DNA of 64,000 bases from Lingula anatina (taxonomy: Eukaryota; Animalia; Brachiopoda). Within the stretch, counting starts at the first letter, position 1. Every line of letters starts with the position of its first letter. A program made the translations under genes and the position numbers. Shown piece by piece: positions 24,512-37,600 of this stretch. The notes beneath the pieces were generated by a model, which saw nothing but the letters and a program-made list of their open reading frames with translations, did not search any database and was not told the origin of the DNA. The stretch spans positions 4,526,001 to 4,590,000 of the forward strand of contig CM120649.1 in assembly GCA_051362555.1 (NCBI GenBank). Direction: 5' to 3'.

Positions 24512-27189
24512 AACTACACACGTTGCATCATACCAGCATTTGTTTGTCTCGCAATGACCTGATATGAGATATTGCAAGACTTATAAAATGCTCTGCACAT
24601 GCTCTTTCAGTTGGAATAATTCAGTTCTTATAATTTGAGCATTAATTAAGACAGGCTAAGGTTAATCCCACTGAAATCCGTGAAATTCATTCAGACGCTT
24701 TATTGCGTAATTATGATAGCCTTTTTATTTCGTTTCAGAATAAAAAGCACTGATACTGGACGCTGTCAAGTCTGCGTTAATATTGGACCACCCCGCGCGA
24801 TCAATGAATCAAACGCTGATGACATGCTGTTCATTTCGCAAAAATAAATAAATAACAAATAAAATAAAACAAATACATAACTCTTCTGAAGACAAACTGT
24901 TTAAGGTATACGTTGTATTTAATGAAGCAGATTTTGTAATTGTAAACATGCCCTTAACATTCTGCTGTACATAACTATTCCCTGTTACCCACAAAGGATA
25001 ATGGTAAGTGTTAAAAGGACACTGCTTACGCATGTTGCATATGTCTCCATAAAAGTCAATGGGACAAATGCACTGGACGCCAGACGGACCAATTATGCAA
25101 GTCCCATCGTTATGGCAAGTGTCAGCCGTGCATTCTTCTAAAGATAGATATTGCAAGGCAATTCAAATGTTAGGCAGGCTCTAACATTCTTCACAAATAT
25201 AGTTGAAACTTTTGAAATTCAAACAATTTTAACAGATAGATCACGCATATCTTATCGTTTTCACACTGCCATGGCTTGTACGCCATGTCTAAATGATTCA
25301 GAAGACCATCTACAGAGAGCGCTCTATTCTAGTGCAAGAAGTCATCAGCTTGATCTCCATGCACGGTCTGGTCATACCAAAGACCATTATAATAGCACCT
25401 GCTGTCTCCTCGTTTATTACTCAGCATATTGTGATTGAAGTGAGGACAAGACCTGGTTATATAGTAGTGCTGGTCATTGTGGATGCTCATTACGAGAGGC
25501 GCATGTACCGCGGTTTGGATTGCTTTCTCCGCGGGGGGATGGTAATGATTTAGAATTGAAAAGGTCTATAAAAAACTAGGCATATAATTATTGCAAAAAG
25601 GCAATGTTGAGATCAAAATAATGAGACGAAAGTTGATACTGTATCTCAGAATAGCAAACATCCTATTGTACATGTATATGTACATAGATGTCGAGCTGGT
25701 CGCTTCACACTTACGTACCAGTTAAACCCAGCTTATTTTGACTGAAAAAGACGCACGCCATTACGGCCAGAGCAAGGCTCGGAAAGGACAACAATCCCAT
25801 CATTGATTGGTTGGTTGATGTTAGATACAGTACTCTTTTGCAGCACTTCTACGCTGGAATAAAATAAGATATTCAGAAAAAGATAGCGGTAAATTTCAAT
25901 CAAACTACATTTAAACTAAACTGGGCATGCATGCTTCTTCGAAAACATCGTTTTCACAGTGTATCCAATGAAATATAACCTGTAGGTTTGTGTGCTGGTT
26001 ATGATAACATCTTACTCAGCATGGTGGCTAATAAATGAGTAATTCGGTAAACTAGACAGAAAAGATGAAATTTAAAGTATGCCATTGGATGGCGGAGCTT
26101 CCCAATCAAAAAAAATTTGTTTGTTTGAATTATTCAAGCGAAGAACACTTTTTATATAGAATATTATTTCATCAAAGATAAAAATACACTGATGCAAATT
26201 TTATAAAATCATATCTTATCCTATTATGCATAACATTTTTCAAAATTAAACATTTCAAATGTTAGTTTAGGCACTTCATCTGTGCAGTATATTGATAATA
26301 ATAGTAAGATTGAACATTTCACTTCCTACACAAAATTGAAGCTTAACCTCACTAAACATTCAGTCACACAGTGACCTTCCTCAGCGTGATTTATTATGAG
26401 ACCACAGGGGCAGATCGATGCAAAGCCGTCACCCGAGGCGGGGGTTCGCGAAATAACTTGGTATTTTTCAGGGCGACCATTGTCATTTGACACAGTTTAG
26501 AACTATGATTCAGCTAATCAAAATTCTAATTTCAAGAGGGGGCCACTGATGGGATTTTTTCAGAAAACGAAAGTGGGTACAGGCGGCAAATGAGGCATCG
26601 AACATCTCATTGAACATTCTGAAAGTACCGATTGCACGGCTGCACGGTTTTAAACTCTCCCGTTTTAAAAAAAAATGGCCAAAGTTCAGCCCGAGACCAT
26701 AGCAAGAAGCATTGTTGGCTGTAAATAAAGCTGGTTTTGGTGGTTTTGGGCCAAGGTCTGATACAGGACAAAAAGTAAGGAAATCTATTTCTTCACCTTG
26801 GTCCCATATTAATTGTTTCATACAGACATCTGTCTTTTCATAGCCATTAGAATGCATAAAAGCCACAGTATATCATGTGGCAATTGTGGCACATATGAGA
26901 ACCCATCAAGTCGCGATCATGCTCATCTTTTAAGATATTAAAATACCCGAATATTGTTAAATACCAACTCTGCAAGTCATTTGCAGTTTCTGCAAATAAC
27001 AGCTGTTTTTCGTTTAGCAGAAATGCATATAATTCATTTGTATCAGAGAACATATCGACGAGCGTCCATTAGCACGCCCACAGAATGGCAACGACTTTCA
27101 TATCAATTTGTTTGATAGTCTATAGCGATCAATGTATGATGTAATCACTTGAAATAAAATTTGCTCTAAATGCACTAGGACCACTGTCA

Positions 27190-28650
27190 GAGGGAGATCC
27201 AGATATAGACTTGTGAAGATTATTTTGTCTATAGCTACTTATATTTGTCTGATCTTACCATCCAATGTTTCATCTGCTTGCAGTCAGACTTCATCAGGGA
27301 ATGAAGTTGTGACAGGTATGACAACCCATCACCCCCCTCTGGTATGCTCTTTGGTCAGACCCCCCCCCCCTTGCCTGCCCCTCCCTTAGGAGTGGTAGGT
27401 AGAGGTTGGGTAGCTCAGTCCCATCATTCCGATTCAACTTGGCCCCATGTAAGCAGATGTTAATCGCTTCAAGAACTTTCCGGTGTAGGTCTCGTTCCAA
27501 GATTTTATGTCTTCTAGATTCCTAGCAGATCTTCTGAAACCTTTAGTAGGGAAGAAACTAAGCCATATCAACAACTCACAAGACCTGGTGAAAAAAAGTG
27601 GAAGACATCACTCTGGAAGAGGGGGAGGTGTTAACCTCATTCGATGTAACAGCCCTATTCACCAGCGTACCAGGCAATGAAGTAACAAGTATGGCAGTAG
27701 AAAGGGCCTAGACGAATAAAACATGGGAAAACAGAACACTACTTCCTCCAGAGGACTTTGGGGACCTACTAAAGCTAACAATTGAGACAACTTACTTCCG
27801 GTACCAAGGGCGTATTTACGAACAGGTATGTGGAATGGCAATGGGCTCTCCACTCTCTCCTGTCCTGGCCAACCTATCCATGGAAGAGTTTGAAGAGCAG
27901 GCACTGAGAACAGCCACCCACCCACCAAAATTGTGGGCCAGAAACGTCGATGATACAGATGTTATAATACATAAACAACACGAGGAGCTTTTCCAACAAA
28001 TCAATGTACAACATGATAGCATTAAGTTCACAATAGAAAGAGAAGATGACACCCAGACATTACCCATGCTGGACTTACATCTTACTAGGAAGAATGATAC
28101 CATCACAACCGACATTTATAGGAAGCCTACGCATACAGGCCACTACCTTCAAAGGACATCCCACCCCCTTGCCAACAGAAGATAGGAATTATTAAGACGC
28201 TGATGCATAGGGCAGACACACTGATAAAAGAGAAACCCAAGATAGAGATAGAGAAGGAAAAATCAGAGTGGCTTTTAGAAAATGTGGCTACCCAGATTGG
28301 GCTATAAAAGAAGGGGAAAGAAAGGAAGAGAAAAACAAGAAAGACTAGAGAACAGGACCGAAAAAGAAAAACCTAAAGGGTATGCAGTACTACCTTTCAT
28401 AAAAAGGGTCAGTGAAAAGCTAAAAAGAGCATTCAGATAAAGGAACGTATAGTTTTACACCATAGGGCAGGACAGACATTAAGAGGCATCCTAGTATCCC
28501 CAAAGGACAAATTAGACCCAGGATAACAGTGTGGTGTTGTATACCAGTGTGAGTGTCAGGTGTGTGGAGAGAAATACATCGGAGAGACAGGACGATCCCG
28601 AACAGAAAGAATCACTGAACATCAAAAATGCGTCAAAAAACGTGACAAAT
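27190..28650 (+). mobile_element. Penelope-like retroelement relic: RT plus GIY-YIG fragments with an inverted 3'/pLTR segment at its left end
   Basis: Plus strand: LTSFDVTALFTSVP, GMAMGSPLSPVLANLSMEEFE, WARNVDD, IYRKPTHT and GVVYQCECQVCGEKYIGETGR, all frameshifted. Minus strand 27190-27510: [14 protein letters not shown]...[10 protein letters not shown] (GIY-YIG C-terminus) followed by a pLTR-like tail. Confidence 0.88.
27255..27305 (-). ncRNA. Minimal type I hammerhead-ribozyme-like motif in the Penelope pLTR (probably decayed)
   Basis: Minus strand reads cattcc-CTGATGA-ag-TCTG actgcaag CAGA-t-GAAAC-att-ggatg. Core boxes and stem II are present; the cleavage triplet region is non-canonical. 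Confidence 0.5.
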
Positions 28651-30069
28651 ATATATTATACAACTCGGCAAGGTGGTCTGATTTGTACGACAAACATCGT
28701 CAGCCTTGATCCGAACGTGCAGAATTTTTTTTTCTGACACACAAACTACCACTGGAACTACAGTAAAGTAGACAGATCCCCGCAATCGCTCTTTGACGAA
28801 TCATTTTCTGATACCAATAAAAATAAACCAATATAATCAGAGATGCTTGTTTGTCTGTTGTGGCCAATGCGGGAGTTTGGCAATGCGGCATTTGTTATTG
28901 AAATACTTAAAACATGAAGAATAATCTCTCAGAATTAATCAGAATGTTAACTTCAACAACATTTCGTATACAGGCGGAAAATAATACATCTAATTGATCA
29001 TTCTGAAACTAAGGGGAAAAAAAGCTAAAACTACGGTCTACACATGTATCTAAAATGACTTTTAAAAATGTGTTTCATGTTTTAGAAAAAAAAAAGCTTC
29101 GAAATGTACCAATGGCAAGGTTTTCAACACTCTCGATTTAAAAATTGGCCGAAATTCTGCCTGTGACCATAGCAATAAGCATTGTGAGCAGTAAATAAAA
29201 CTGGTTTTGGTGGTTTTGGACCAATATCTGCTACAGGACAAAAAATAAGGAAATTTATTCCTTCACTTTGGTCACATACATATGTTTCATGCATCGCCAC
29301 TGTTACAGTGTACCTTGTGGTAATCATGTCACATATGAGAACCCTTTAATTCACGATAGTGCTCATCTTTTAAGATATTAAAATGCCTGAATATTGTTAA
29401 AATCAACTTTACAATTCAGTTGCGGATTCCGCTGTTTTTCGTCTAGCAGAAATGCATATAATCCATTTGTCTATTAACACGCCCGTAGCTTGACAATAAT
29501 GTATAATTCAATTTGCTTGATAGGCAGTAGCGATAAATGTATGGTGAAATCACTTGAAATAAAATTTGATTTAAATTTGATTGAGTCTACGAAATAATTT
29601 CAACAAATGGAGAATGTCCTTTCTAACACCCTATTTATCCATCTGAATTCAAAAGGCGGCTGTTAAAAGTGTGATCTCAGGCAATAATTTCCTTTATTAA
29701 TCTGTTCTAGGTCTTCAGAGGTTCATTGGGTTCTTGACCAAGCTTAAACTAAATATATTTAAGAGGAAGCACTACCCTACACCACTAGGACCACTGTCAT
29801 ATGCGGATCCAGAGATATTTGCTGACAGTCTTCCAAATTATCTTTATTGATCCATCATAGATTTTCGACATTCTTTCAACATAAAAAAAACCCAACAATG
29901 TAAATAAATAAAAAAAAAAAATCTGACCCACAAGACAGTTTCCGTCCGCCGCTGGCTGAGATACATTTCTCTGGCTATTTAGCAACGAGCGGGTGCGCAG
30001 TGGATAAGATCACCACCGAGTTGCAGAATTGCACTAATCACAATATTTCTCAGTTAACATAAAACTTAC

Positions 30070-30132
30070 CTCGTTTTTTCGTTGATGTCAGGTCAGGAAA
30101 TGCAGCGTCTCTTCACCTACTGGTTATAATAT
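30070..30132 (-). promoter_or_regulatory. Putative TATA-like box and short non-coding first exon of EGF copy A
   Basis: Minus strand tattataa about 25-30 nt upstream of an Inr-like gcatt, then GAG|GTAAGT donor at 30069. Homologous segments at 41829-41899 (B) and 52090-52153 (C). The signal-peptide exon has an upstream acceptor. Confidence 0.5.
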
Positions 30133-30403
30133 ACTGTCAGAAGCGATACAACAGTGTATCTCGCACACGAGAAACCATCCATTCACGAAAGTGTTTATTT
30201 GTGTGTCTAAATGTTTTATATTTGACCTAGAACTTTTTCGTACAGGCGGGGACTTCCATTAACACTCCCGTAGCTTGGCAAATATTAGTATTGAGGTAAA
30301 GCGGTAAAGGAAACGCTGGCCAACTTTTTGTTTGTCAATTTGAATTACAATGTTACCCGGCGAATTGACCTAGATCTAACGAAAAAGATATGTGATGAAA
30401 TTT

Positions 30404-30444
<41 letters not shown>

Positions 30445-31006
30445 TGTGCTTGTGTGTACCTGAACTGCTGGATGGAGGGGGGGGCGAGATAGTGACAAAT
30501 AGCCAAATACATTCACCAAGAGTTCATGAAGGCCTATAACAACATAACAATATTATATTCGTATTGCTAAGATAAATCAAAACTATGATATCCTTCTTTC
30601 CGTGGCAGCGATCTAGTTGTCAGTTTTTCTCCCTCCCTCTCTCTCTTGGTCGAATGTGTGTGTGCGCGTGTGAGAAACAGTGATGGAATAAGAGCCAAAA
30701 CAACCAAAACATTCAACCAAAGAAGGCCTCTCACATCAGCTATTTTGTTTGCATAACCCAGTGAATATGCGTGCTACTTTGATACAGGACGTCGGATTAA
30801 AAATAATGGAAACCCGTATTTCGCTTCGGATGATATAAACTTACTTACATCATATTGCTATATGAAAAATATGCCTGTTCAGTCGCATTGTTTATTGTGG
30901 ACGCGAATTTGGACTTTGATTTAGACATGATTCAGACATGATTTAGTCCGAGTAAATAAAACTTAAAGAAACTTCTATCCGTGGCATCGGTTAAGCTTTC
31001 TCTCTC

Positions 31007-31072
<66 letters not shown>

Positions 31073-32285
31073 GAAAGCAGTGCATGTCTAAACAGCTAGG
31101 TGAGGATGAGAAATTGTTGAAATAATAGCCCAAATTTAAACAATAAAGCTTCTCAGGCCAGTGAGTCATTTTATTGGCATCACCTAGTTAATCTAAGTGC
31201 CCCTTTGATAAAGGACGTCATAGTCAAAACCCGTATGACGCCTTGAATAATATGAAATTTCTTCCAGTATATGACTAACAAAAAGCGTTGTTTGTTTACC
31301 ACCTTTTATTTACCATATTGTTTGGAGACCATGTCTTTCTACGAACCAACTTTAACCTGTATTGCTCACTAAACATTAGATGAACAGAATGTTGATGATA
31401 TTGGATGTGCACAGTAATAACTCATTCAATGGCGGGGGATAGAATAACTTGTATGGTTCTGTTTGAAAAGTATATTATGTGAGCAGTTCTGTATTATAGA
31501 TCTCAAAATAGAAATCCTGCAAAAATGGGCCTCTCGATTATTTTGAGTAAATACTCTAACGGTATTTTTTGGACAGAATTGATGGCAGCCATCTTGTATT
31601 TATTAAAAATTGGATAGATTTACTCATATCAAAACATTGTTTGAATTCCTGACTGTGATTAATTGAGTGAATTTGATATTGGAAGGTATTATCTCAAAAT
31701 GTACTTGTATCTTGATTTCGGCCGTTTGCTTTTCTAAACTTGCTTATATTTGAGGTATTTTTTTAAATATCTTCTGTTGTGTTTAACACACTTTTATTTT
31801 CTAACACACTCAATTTTCTATGACGATACTAGTATGTTCTCAGACTCCCTATGCAATTTTATGGCTGTCAACCCTGCAAAAAGAGAGGTATGAATGCTTG
31901 TATATTGGTTGGTAGAAAAATGAGTTTCGTGTGGTCTAATAAAACTGGGCGTGGCTCGTTAGGTTGAGGGTTAAACTAAAACTAAGTAACATATCCTGAA
32001 TGATTTATTTTAAATGTCATTAGTTTTGAAATATTTGCACATAAAGTTGCTTTATTGACAGAAGCTGAAAATCCAGCCAGGAATGGCCAAAACATCAAAT
32101 ATCAAATTATAATTACATCTAATGATTTCTTTTGGGACTGTTTCCTGCAATGTGTGAAACAATATAATAAATTTAGTTGAAATCCGTTGACCCCCACCTT
32201 GCCACCCTCTGACTGGTCCTATCATGGACGCATACTTAAAAAGCAATTGTGAAATGATGATGGGCTGGTCAAGACAAAAATAGTG

Positions 32286-32343
<58 letters not shown>

Positions 32344-32354
32344 GCATCTATTTG

Positions 32355-32670
32355 TAAGTGGTAACATGTCAAGTCATAGCTCCAAGCAGAAAACAGTTTG
32401 TTAATTCGAAGGCACACACAGTAATAGATGAAGAAATCACTTAGCCACAGACTCCAAATATCTTGCCGTATGTACCAAAAAGAAAATAGCAACAAACAAC
32501 GTACACCACAAACGGCTTTCGAGAATCTGACAAGGAATGTAAACCTGTTAAGAGGCGTAGCCACCCAACTTCAGGAAGGTTACCTCAGACCCTTGCAGAA
32601 GATGATAGAAGGAGGGGAGAAAGGAAAAATAATGCTGCCGTTTAGAACGAGGTGATGGATTGTCCTTTTT
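32355..32670 (+). repeat. Dispersed repeat, paralog of 16465-16800
   Basis: See the paired feature; carries a protein-like open frame (NLTRNVNLLRGVATQLQEGYLRPLQKMIEG) of unrecognised origin. Confidence 0.75.
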
Positions 32671-34643
32671 TTGTGTTGAAATGCTATATACAGTTACATC
32701 CTTAAATTATATTTTCAATCTAAGTTAGATAGCTTTCCTATTTTAATCAAAATCAGAAATTAGTGCATGTTACTTTCAAAAATCAATGACAATAACTTAA
32801 ACTAGCATTGATCGCACGGCATATCATACAGGTACCATTTTAAACCTTTGTTAACCTTTGTGAACTACAAGTGTTACACGTTGTATTTTTTGTATTATAA
32901 AACCTATGGATAAGATTTATGTCAGTGTAATGCAAAACCTGATGCTTACTTATCTTTTTTCTCTACCGTTATTAGATATTACAAACTGGAAATAATAACC
33001 GAGATTTGGTGTGAGCTGACTGCCAAGTTGGAGTGCATGAAGGAGACATTGCAATGTACTCACGGTCTAGCCACGGCGTGTCATTCCAACGACAACGAAG
33101 TCGAAGTCGTCAGCTTGTTGAACAGAACGAAAAAGGTAAGTTTTTGTTGCATCGTGTGTAAATATGTCAACTGTGAGACATTCATAACGCACCATTACTC
33201 CAAAAACGTTCAGATGTGATGTTGTCGTCATAAGTAGATTACGGAATGTTGTCACATCATGATTAAATGGTTGTTATCGGGACACGCCAAGAGTAAAGGA
33301 GCAGGGGGTAATGATGGAAAACAATATATATAAATGCGACGCTTGTATTCTGATGATCGCACTGTGTTCGAGCTTTAATAACTGAAACAAAAACTAAATA
33401 ATGCATGATGTATTATTGAAACTGAAAGGAAGGAAATTTCTGCCCAAATATTTGACCAAATTGTTTTATTTACAAAATGACCCGGCAATTACTCTAGTTC
33501 AGGCGATAAAGAAATTTGACGGAACTTTCCCACAACAAGTGCCCTGATTGCTGTAGGTGAGATGCATGGTATGGCGAGTCGCAATCGAATGGAAATTGCG
33601 ACGTTGGTTTTCAGTTAGGAGGTGATAAAAAAAGGAAACTTGTTACATATGGAATAATATGTTGAGGAAAATAATCTGTTAAAGCATTTTTTCATTAAGG
33701 GTCAACTCAAATTGTTTTTGTGCAGAGACATATGGCAAAATTTTTTTAGCACTTTGGCCATTGTTTTCCGAATGTTTACCAATTTGAATCCGAATGGCAG
33801 TCCCTTTTGTAACATTGAACATTACAGCATCTGCATTGCCTGACTATATTTTGCTTATTTCAAGTGACAAATGTTTATCTAATTATTTATAAACCAATTA
33901 CAGAAACTGGACAACATGGCCAAAATTTGGCTGGAAAAGGGTCATGCATTCAGATCTGATCTTTGACCTTTTATTGTAGGTCAAGATCTCATGGCTGCAC
34001 GACACTGTTGAAGACATACTGGACACAACGTGTCGACTAATGGACATTTGGGCCACCTTCTTCTGTGCTCGTGTCCAGTGAGGAAAACGGAAATTTTAGA
34101 ATTGAAACAGAAACTTCCGGTGAAATATATGCCACCCGTTTTGGAAATTCTTCAGGTGATTCGAGACGCTGACATTGATCACAAGGTACTGGCTTCGACG
34201 CAAAATGAAACTTTAATTAAAAGCTAACTGTCTTTATCTTATTTTTAAATTGTTAAAACAATTTTTGTTTTAATTTTGTCTTCCGTTTGTATTGACATGA
34301 AGAAACACGGTGTTTTCCCGACCGAGCATTATATATGTTTCCAACACAATTGGGACAACAATTACGAGAATTAAGGAGCGGAGATAAGTGTGTTGTATTA
34401 TGCCGCAGATATAAAGTTCGTAAGATTAAATTAACGAAGAAGCTTTTCGTTTTAATGAAATTCCCAAGAGTTTCCCAGGCTTGTAGCAACCCAGTTTCCA
34501 GCGGTTGGGGTGTCCACTTTGTTCCAAACATTGACATGGTAAAGCAAAACAGCAACAGTATACCAACACAGTCAGGTGATTTGAACTAGTGGCTGCATAT
34601 ACTTACACAGTTTTGTAATAAGAAGCGAATTTTGATGGACTTT

Positions 34644-37600
34644 TCAGGAAAGGGCAGGAATGGGCCTCCTTGAATTTTCATTCTGATCAGGATAACCATC
34701 TGCATTGATAGGTTTTAAAAACGATTCTTCGCCATTGCGGGAAAGGGTCAATGACCTTGAACCCAAAAATCACGAAAGGTGTTATAAGGTCGGTGTGTCA
34801 AGGGTTTGCTCACAACTGCACTTGTACCACAATTTGGATATGATGCAATCTTACTGAGTTTGTAGATTGTGACATTGGCCAAGGAGGCTGTCATGGAGGT
34901 AATTAATTGATTAACGAAATACAATGCCCAGAATATTTTATTTTCAGTTGGTATACTTAATTCAAATATAATTTGCAGTGAATGTCCAAATAAATATGCA
35001 TTATATACTTGGAAATAATCCGTATCCTCTCTTGCATATATTTTTCTTATTTCCTTTTCTGGGTGTTTATTTCGTCGATTCTGAAAGAAAAGAAATATAT
35101 GTTATGAACACCTTGGCCCCGTTTCATATTAGAGCACTTTTGATGATTTATTCATGCACAAACAAATTTCTCCAGTGTTAATATTTTAATAAAATGATTT
35201 TAATAGAAATGATAAAATGAAATTGATCATAATTATGTTAGAAATAATGACCTTTCAGAACTCCTCGGAACTTTTGACGTCTTAAATACTTTCACATATT
35301 GCCATGCGTATTGAATAACGCATATAATAATAATAAGCATATATGAACAGACTTATGTAAACCTTGCATATGTTATGTACATATCTTAATGTAATGTACA
35401 TTGTCCTTTACCCAATTTTTATTAGATTCCATTTATATAGGCATTATCTGACGTCAAATTGCTCAATTTATTATTTATATTTATATTATTTTTTTTTTTC
35501 AACCACCGATTTATATGACCCCTGGTATGGTCTTTAGCGTTGATTTCCGGTTGCTGCTTAGCTATCAATGAGTGAAGTAAGGATGGAGATTAATTTCAAA
35601 AACAAAAAAGAACATGATCTTTACCAAACGTATAATTGATTATTTTTCTTTACAGAATAATGCCGTTGGTCAGTTTCAGTAAGTAGCCAAACCTTTGGTC
35701 TGCCTTGTAGTAGGAAGTGAAGACGAAAAAAAGTAATTAAAAAAGAAGCGTTCAAGAATATTCAATAATCCAATTGTTATACAGTATAAGACCTACTCTT
35801 GCAGTGCAACCCGTCCCCACGGTAACCAGCGTCGCAAATACAATATTGGTAAGATGCTGTATCGCAGTTCGTATTGTTGTCAGGCAATGGCTTGTAAGCG
35901 TTTATGTCATAGCATGTGGCGTTTTCCGCACACTTCGCTGAAAAAAAACCGCATGCAGCCACTGGCTCGCAACAGAATACTTGGAAATTTTGAACCAACT
36001 TAACAGGCGATATCATATGACTTTTTCACATAAGTTCCACCTAAACACTGGAATAAGTTATTTGTGTTATAGTGTATAAATAGAGATCTAGAGCCATAGG
36101 ACCTGTTTTTATGAGTTCCACCTAATCACTTGAATATGCTAGTTATATTATAGTTAATCAGCAGAGATCTAGAGCCATATGCCTTGATATCAGTCTATAG
36201 AAGTTACTCTTACATATCCTGTACTATCAATATTTGTATTGGTCAATTTGCTTTGAATTTTGTATTTGTATTTGTATTTTTGCTGCACGCTTTACAACTT
36301 ACAGCTGTTAGCTGTTATCAGTCAATACTGAGATACAGAATGTATGCATATTAGAAGGGTACGGCTTACCTTTTTTGCACCATGTTCCGTAATAACCCTC
36401 GGGACAAATGCACGACGAAACCAAATTTGTAGTATTCAATGCACACGTTGCACCATTCCAGCATTTATTTAACCGGCACTCAGCTGAAATGAGATATTGC
36501 AAGGCTAATAAAATGATACGTATGCTCTTTCAGTTGGAATAATTCAGTTCTTATAATTTGATCATTAACTAAGACAGGATAAGGTAAATCCCACTGAAAT
36601 CTGTGAAATTAATTTTGTACATAATTTGCACCAGACGCTTTATTGCGTACTTATATATGTGCTCAGCTTTTTTTTTCTTTTCAGAATTAAAAGCACTGAG
36701 ACTAGACGCTGTCAATTCTGAATTAATAATGGACCACCCCGCGCGATCGACGAATCAAACAATGATGACACACTGTTCAATTCACAAAAAAAATTTAAAA
36801 ATAATAAATTAATTAATTAATAAATTAAGCAGGGAAGACACGCTGTTAATGGATAAATTGTGTTAAATGAGCATATATGCTGATATCAATTGTTGCAATA
36901 GTAAAATGCTTCCTAACATTTTGCTGAACATAACTGTTTCCTGTTATTCACAAAGGATGGTTTTAAGTGTTACAAGGGCAGTGCTTACTCAAGTCGCATC
37001 TTTCTCCGAAAAAGTCACTGGGACAACTGCACTGGAAGCCAGACGGATCATCAACTTTTTCTTCGCACGTCCCATTATTATAGCAACTGTCAGGCTCGCA
37101 TTCGTCTGAAGATAGATGTTACAAGGCAATTTAAATGTTAGGTATGCTCTATCATCCTTCACTTACATGGTTGAAACTTTTGTAATTCAAACTATTTAAC
37201 AGGAAGATCATGCAAATCATATCGTTTTTCACACCGCTAGGCTTGTACGCCTAGTCTGAATGATTTAAAAGTCCATCTACAGAGAGGTCTCCGTTGTGGT
37301 GCAGGAAGTCATGAGTTTGATCCTCATGGCCTGGTCATACTAAAGAGCATTATAATAGTACCTACTGCCTCCTCGTTTATTACTCAGCATATTGAGATTG
37401 AACTAAGGAAAAGACCTGGTCATATGGTAGTGTTGGTTATTGCAAATCCTAACCACGAGAGGCTCATATACCGCAGCTTGGATTGCTTTCTCCGTGGGGA
37501 GATGGGAATGACTTAGAATTTAAAAGATCTATAAAAACCAGGCATATAATTATTGCAAACAAGCAATGTTGAGACCAAATTGCAGAGACGAAAATTGATA

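Larger units (their letters stand above)
19341..25803 (-). pseudogene. Triple-EGF secreted protein gene, copy A (most diverged); EGF2 exon interrupted by a LINE
   Basis: Signal exon 25803-25719 (MMGLLSFPSLALAVMACVFFSQN), EGF1 25137-25030 (ECTADTCHNDGTCIIGPSGVQCICPIDFYGDICNM), EGF2 split into 24558-24512 plus 21884-21818 (rejoins to 114 nt: HCETNKCWYDATCVVSTNDSKVYCICPEGFRGTLCQQ), EGF3 20621-20481. The 3' exons are uncertain. It could still be expressed by skipping EGF2. Confidence 0.75.

Noticed and set aside
34253-34555. Minus-strand 100-aa ORF repeated in three units
   Set aside because: Conservation is explained by recent duplication; no recognisable motif, and exon-like signals are on the opposite strand.
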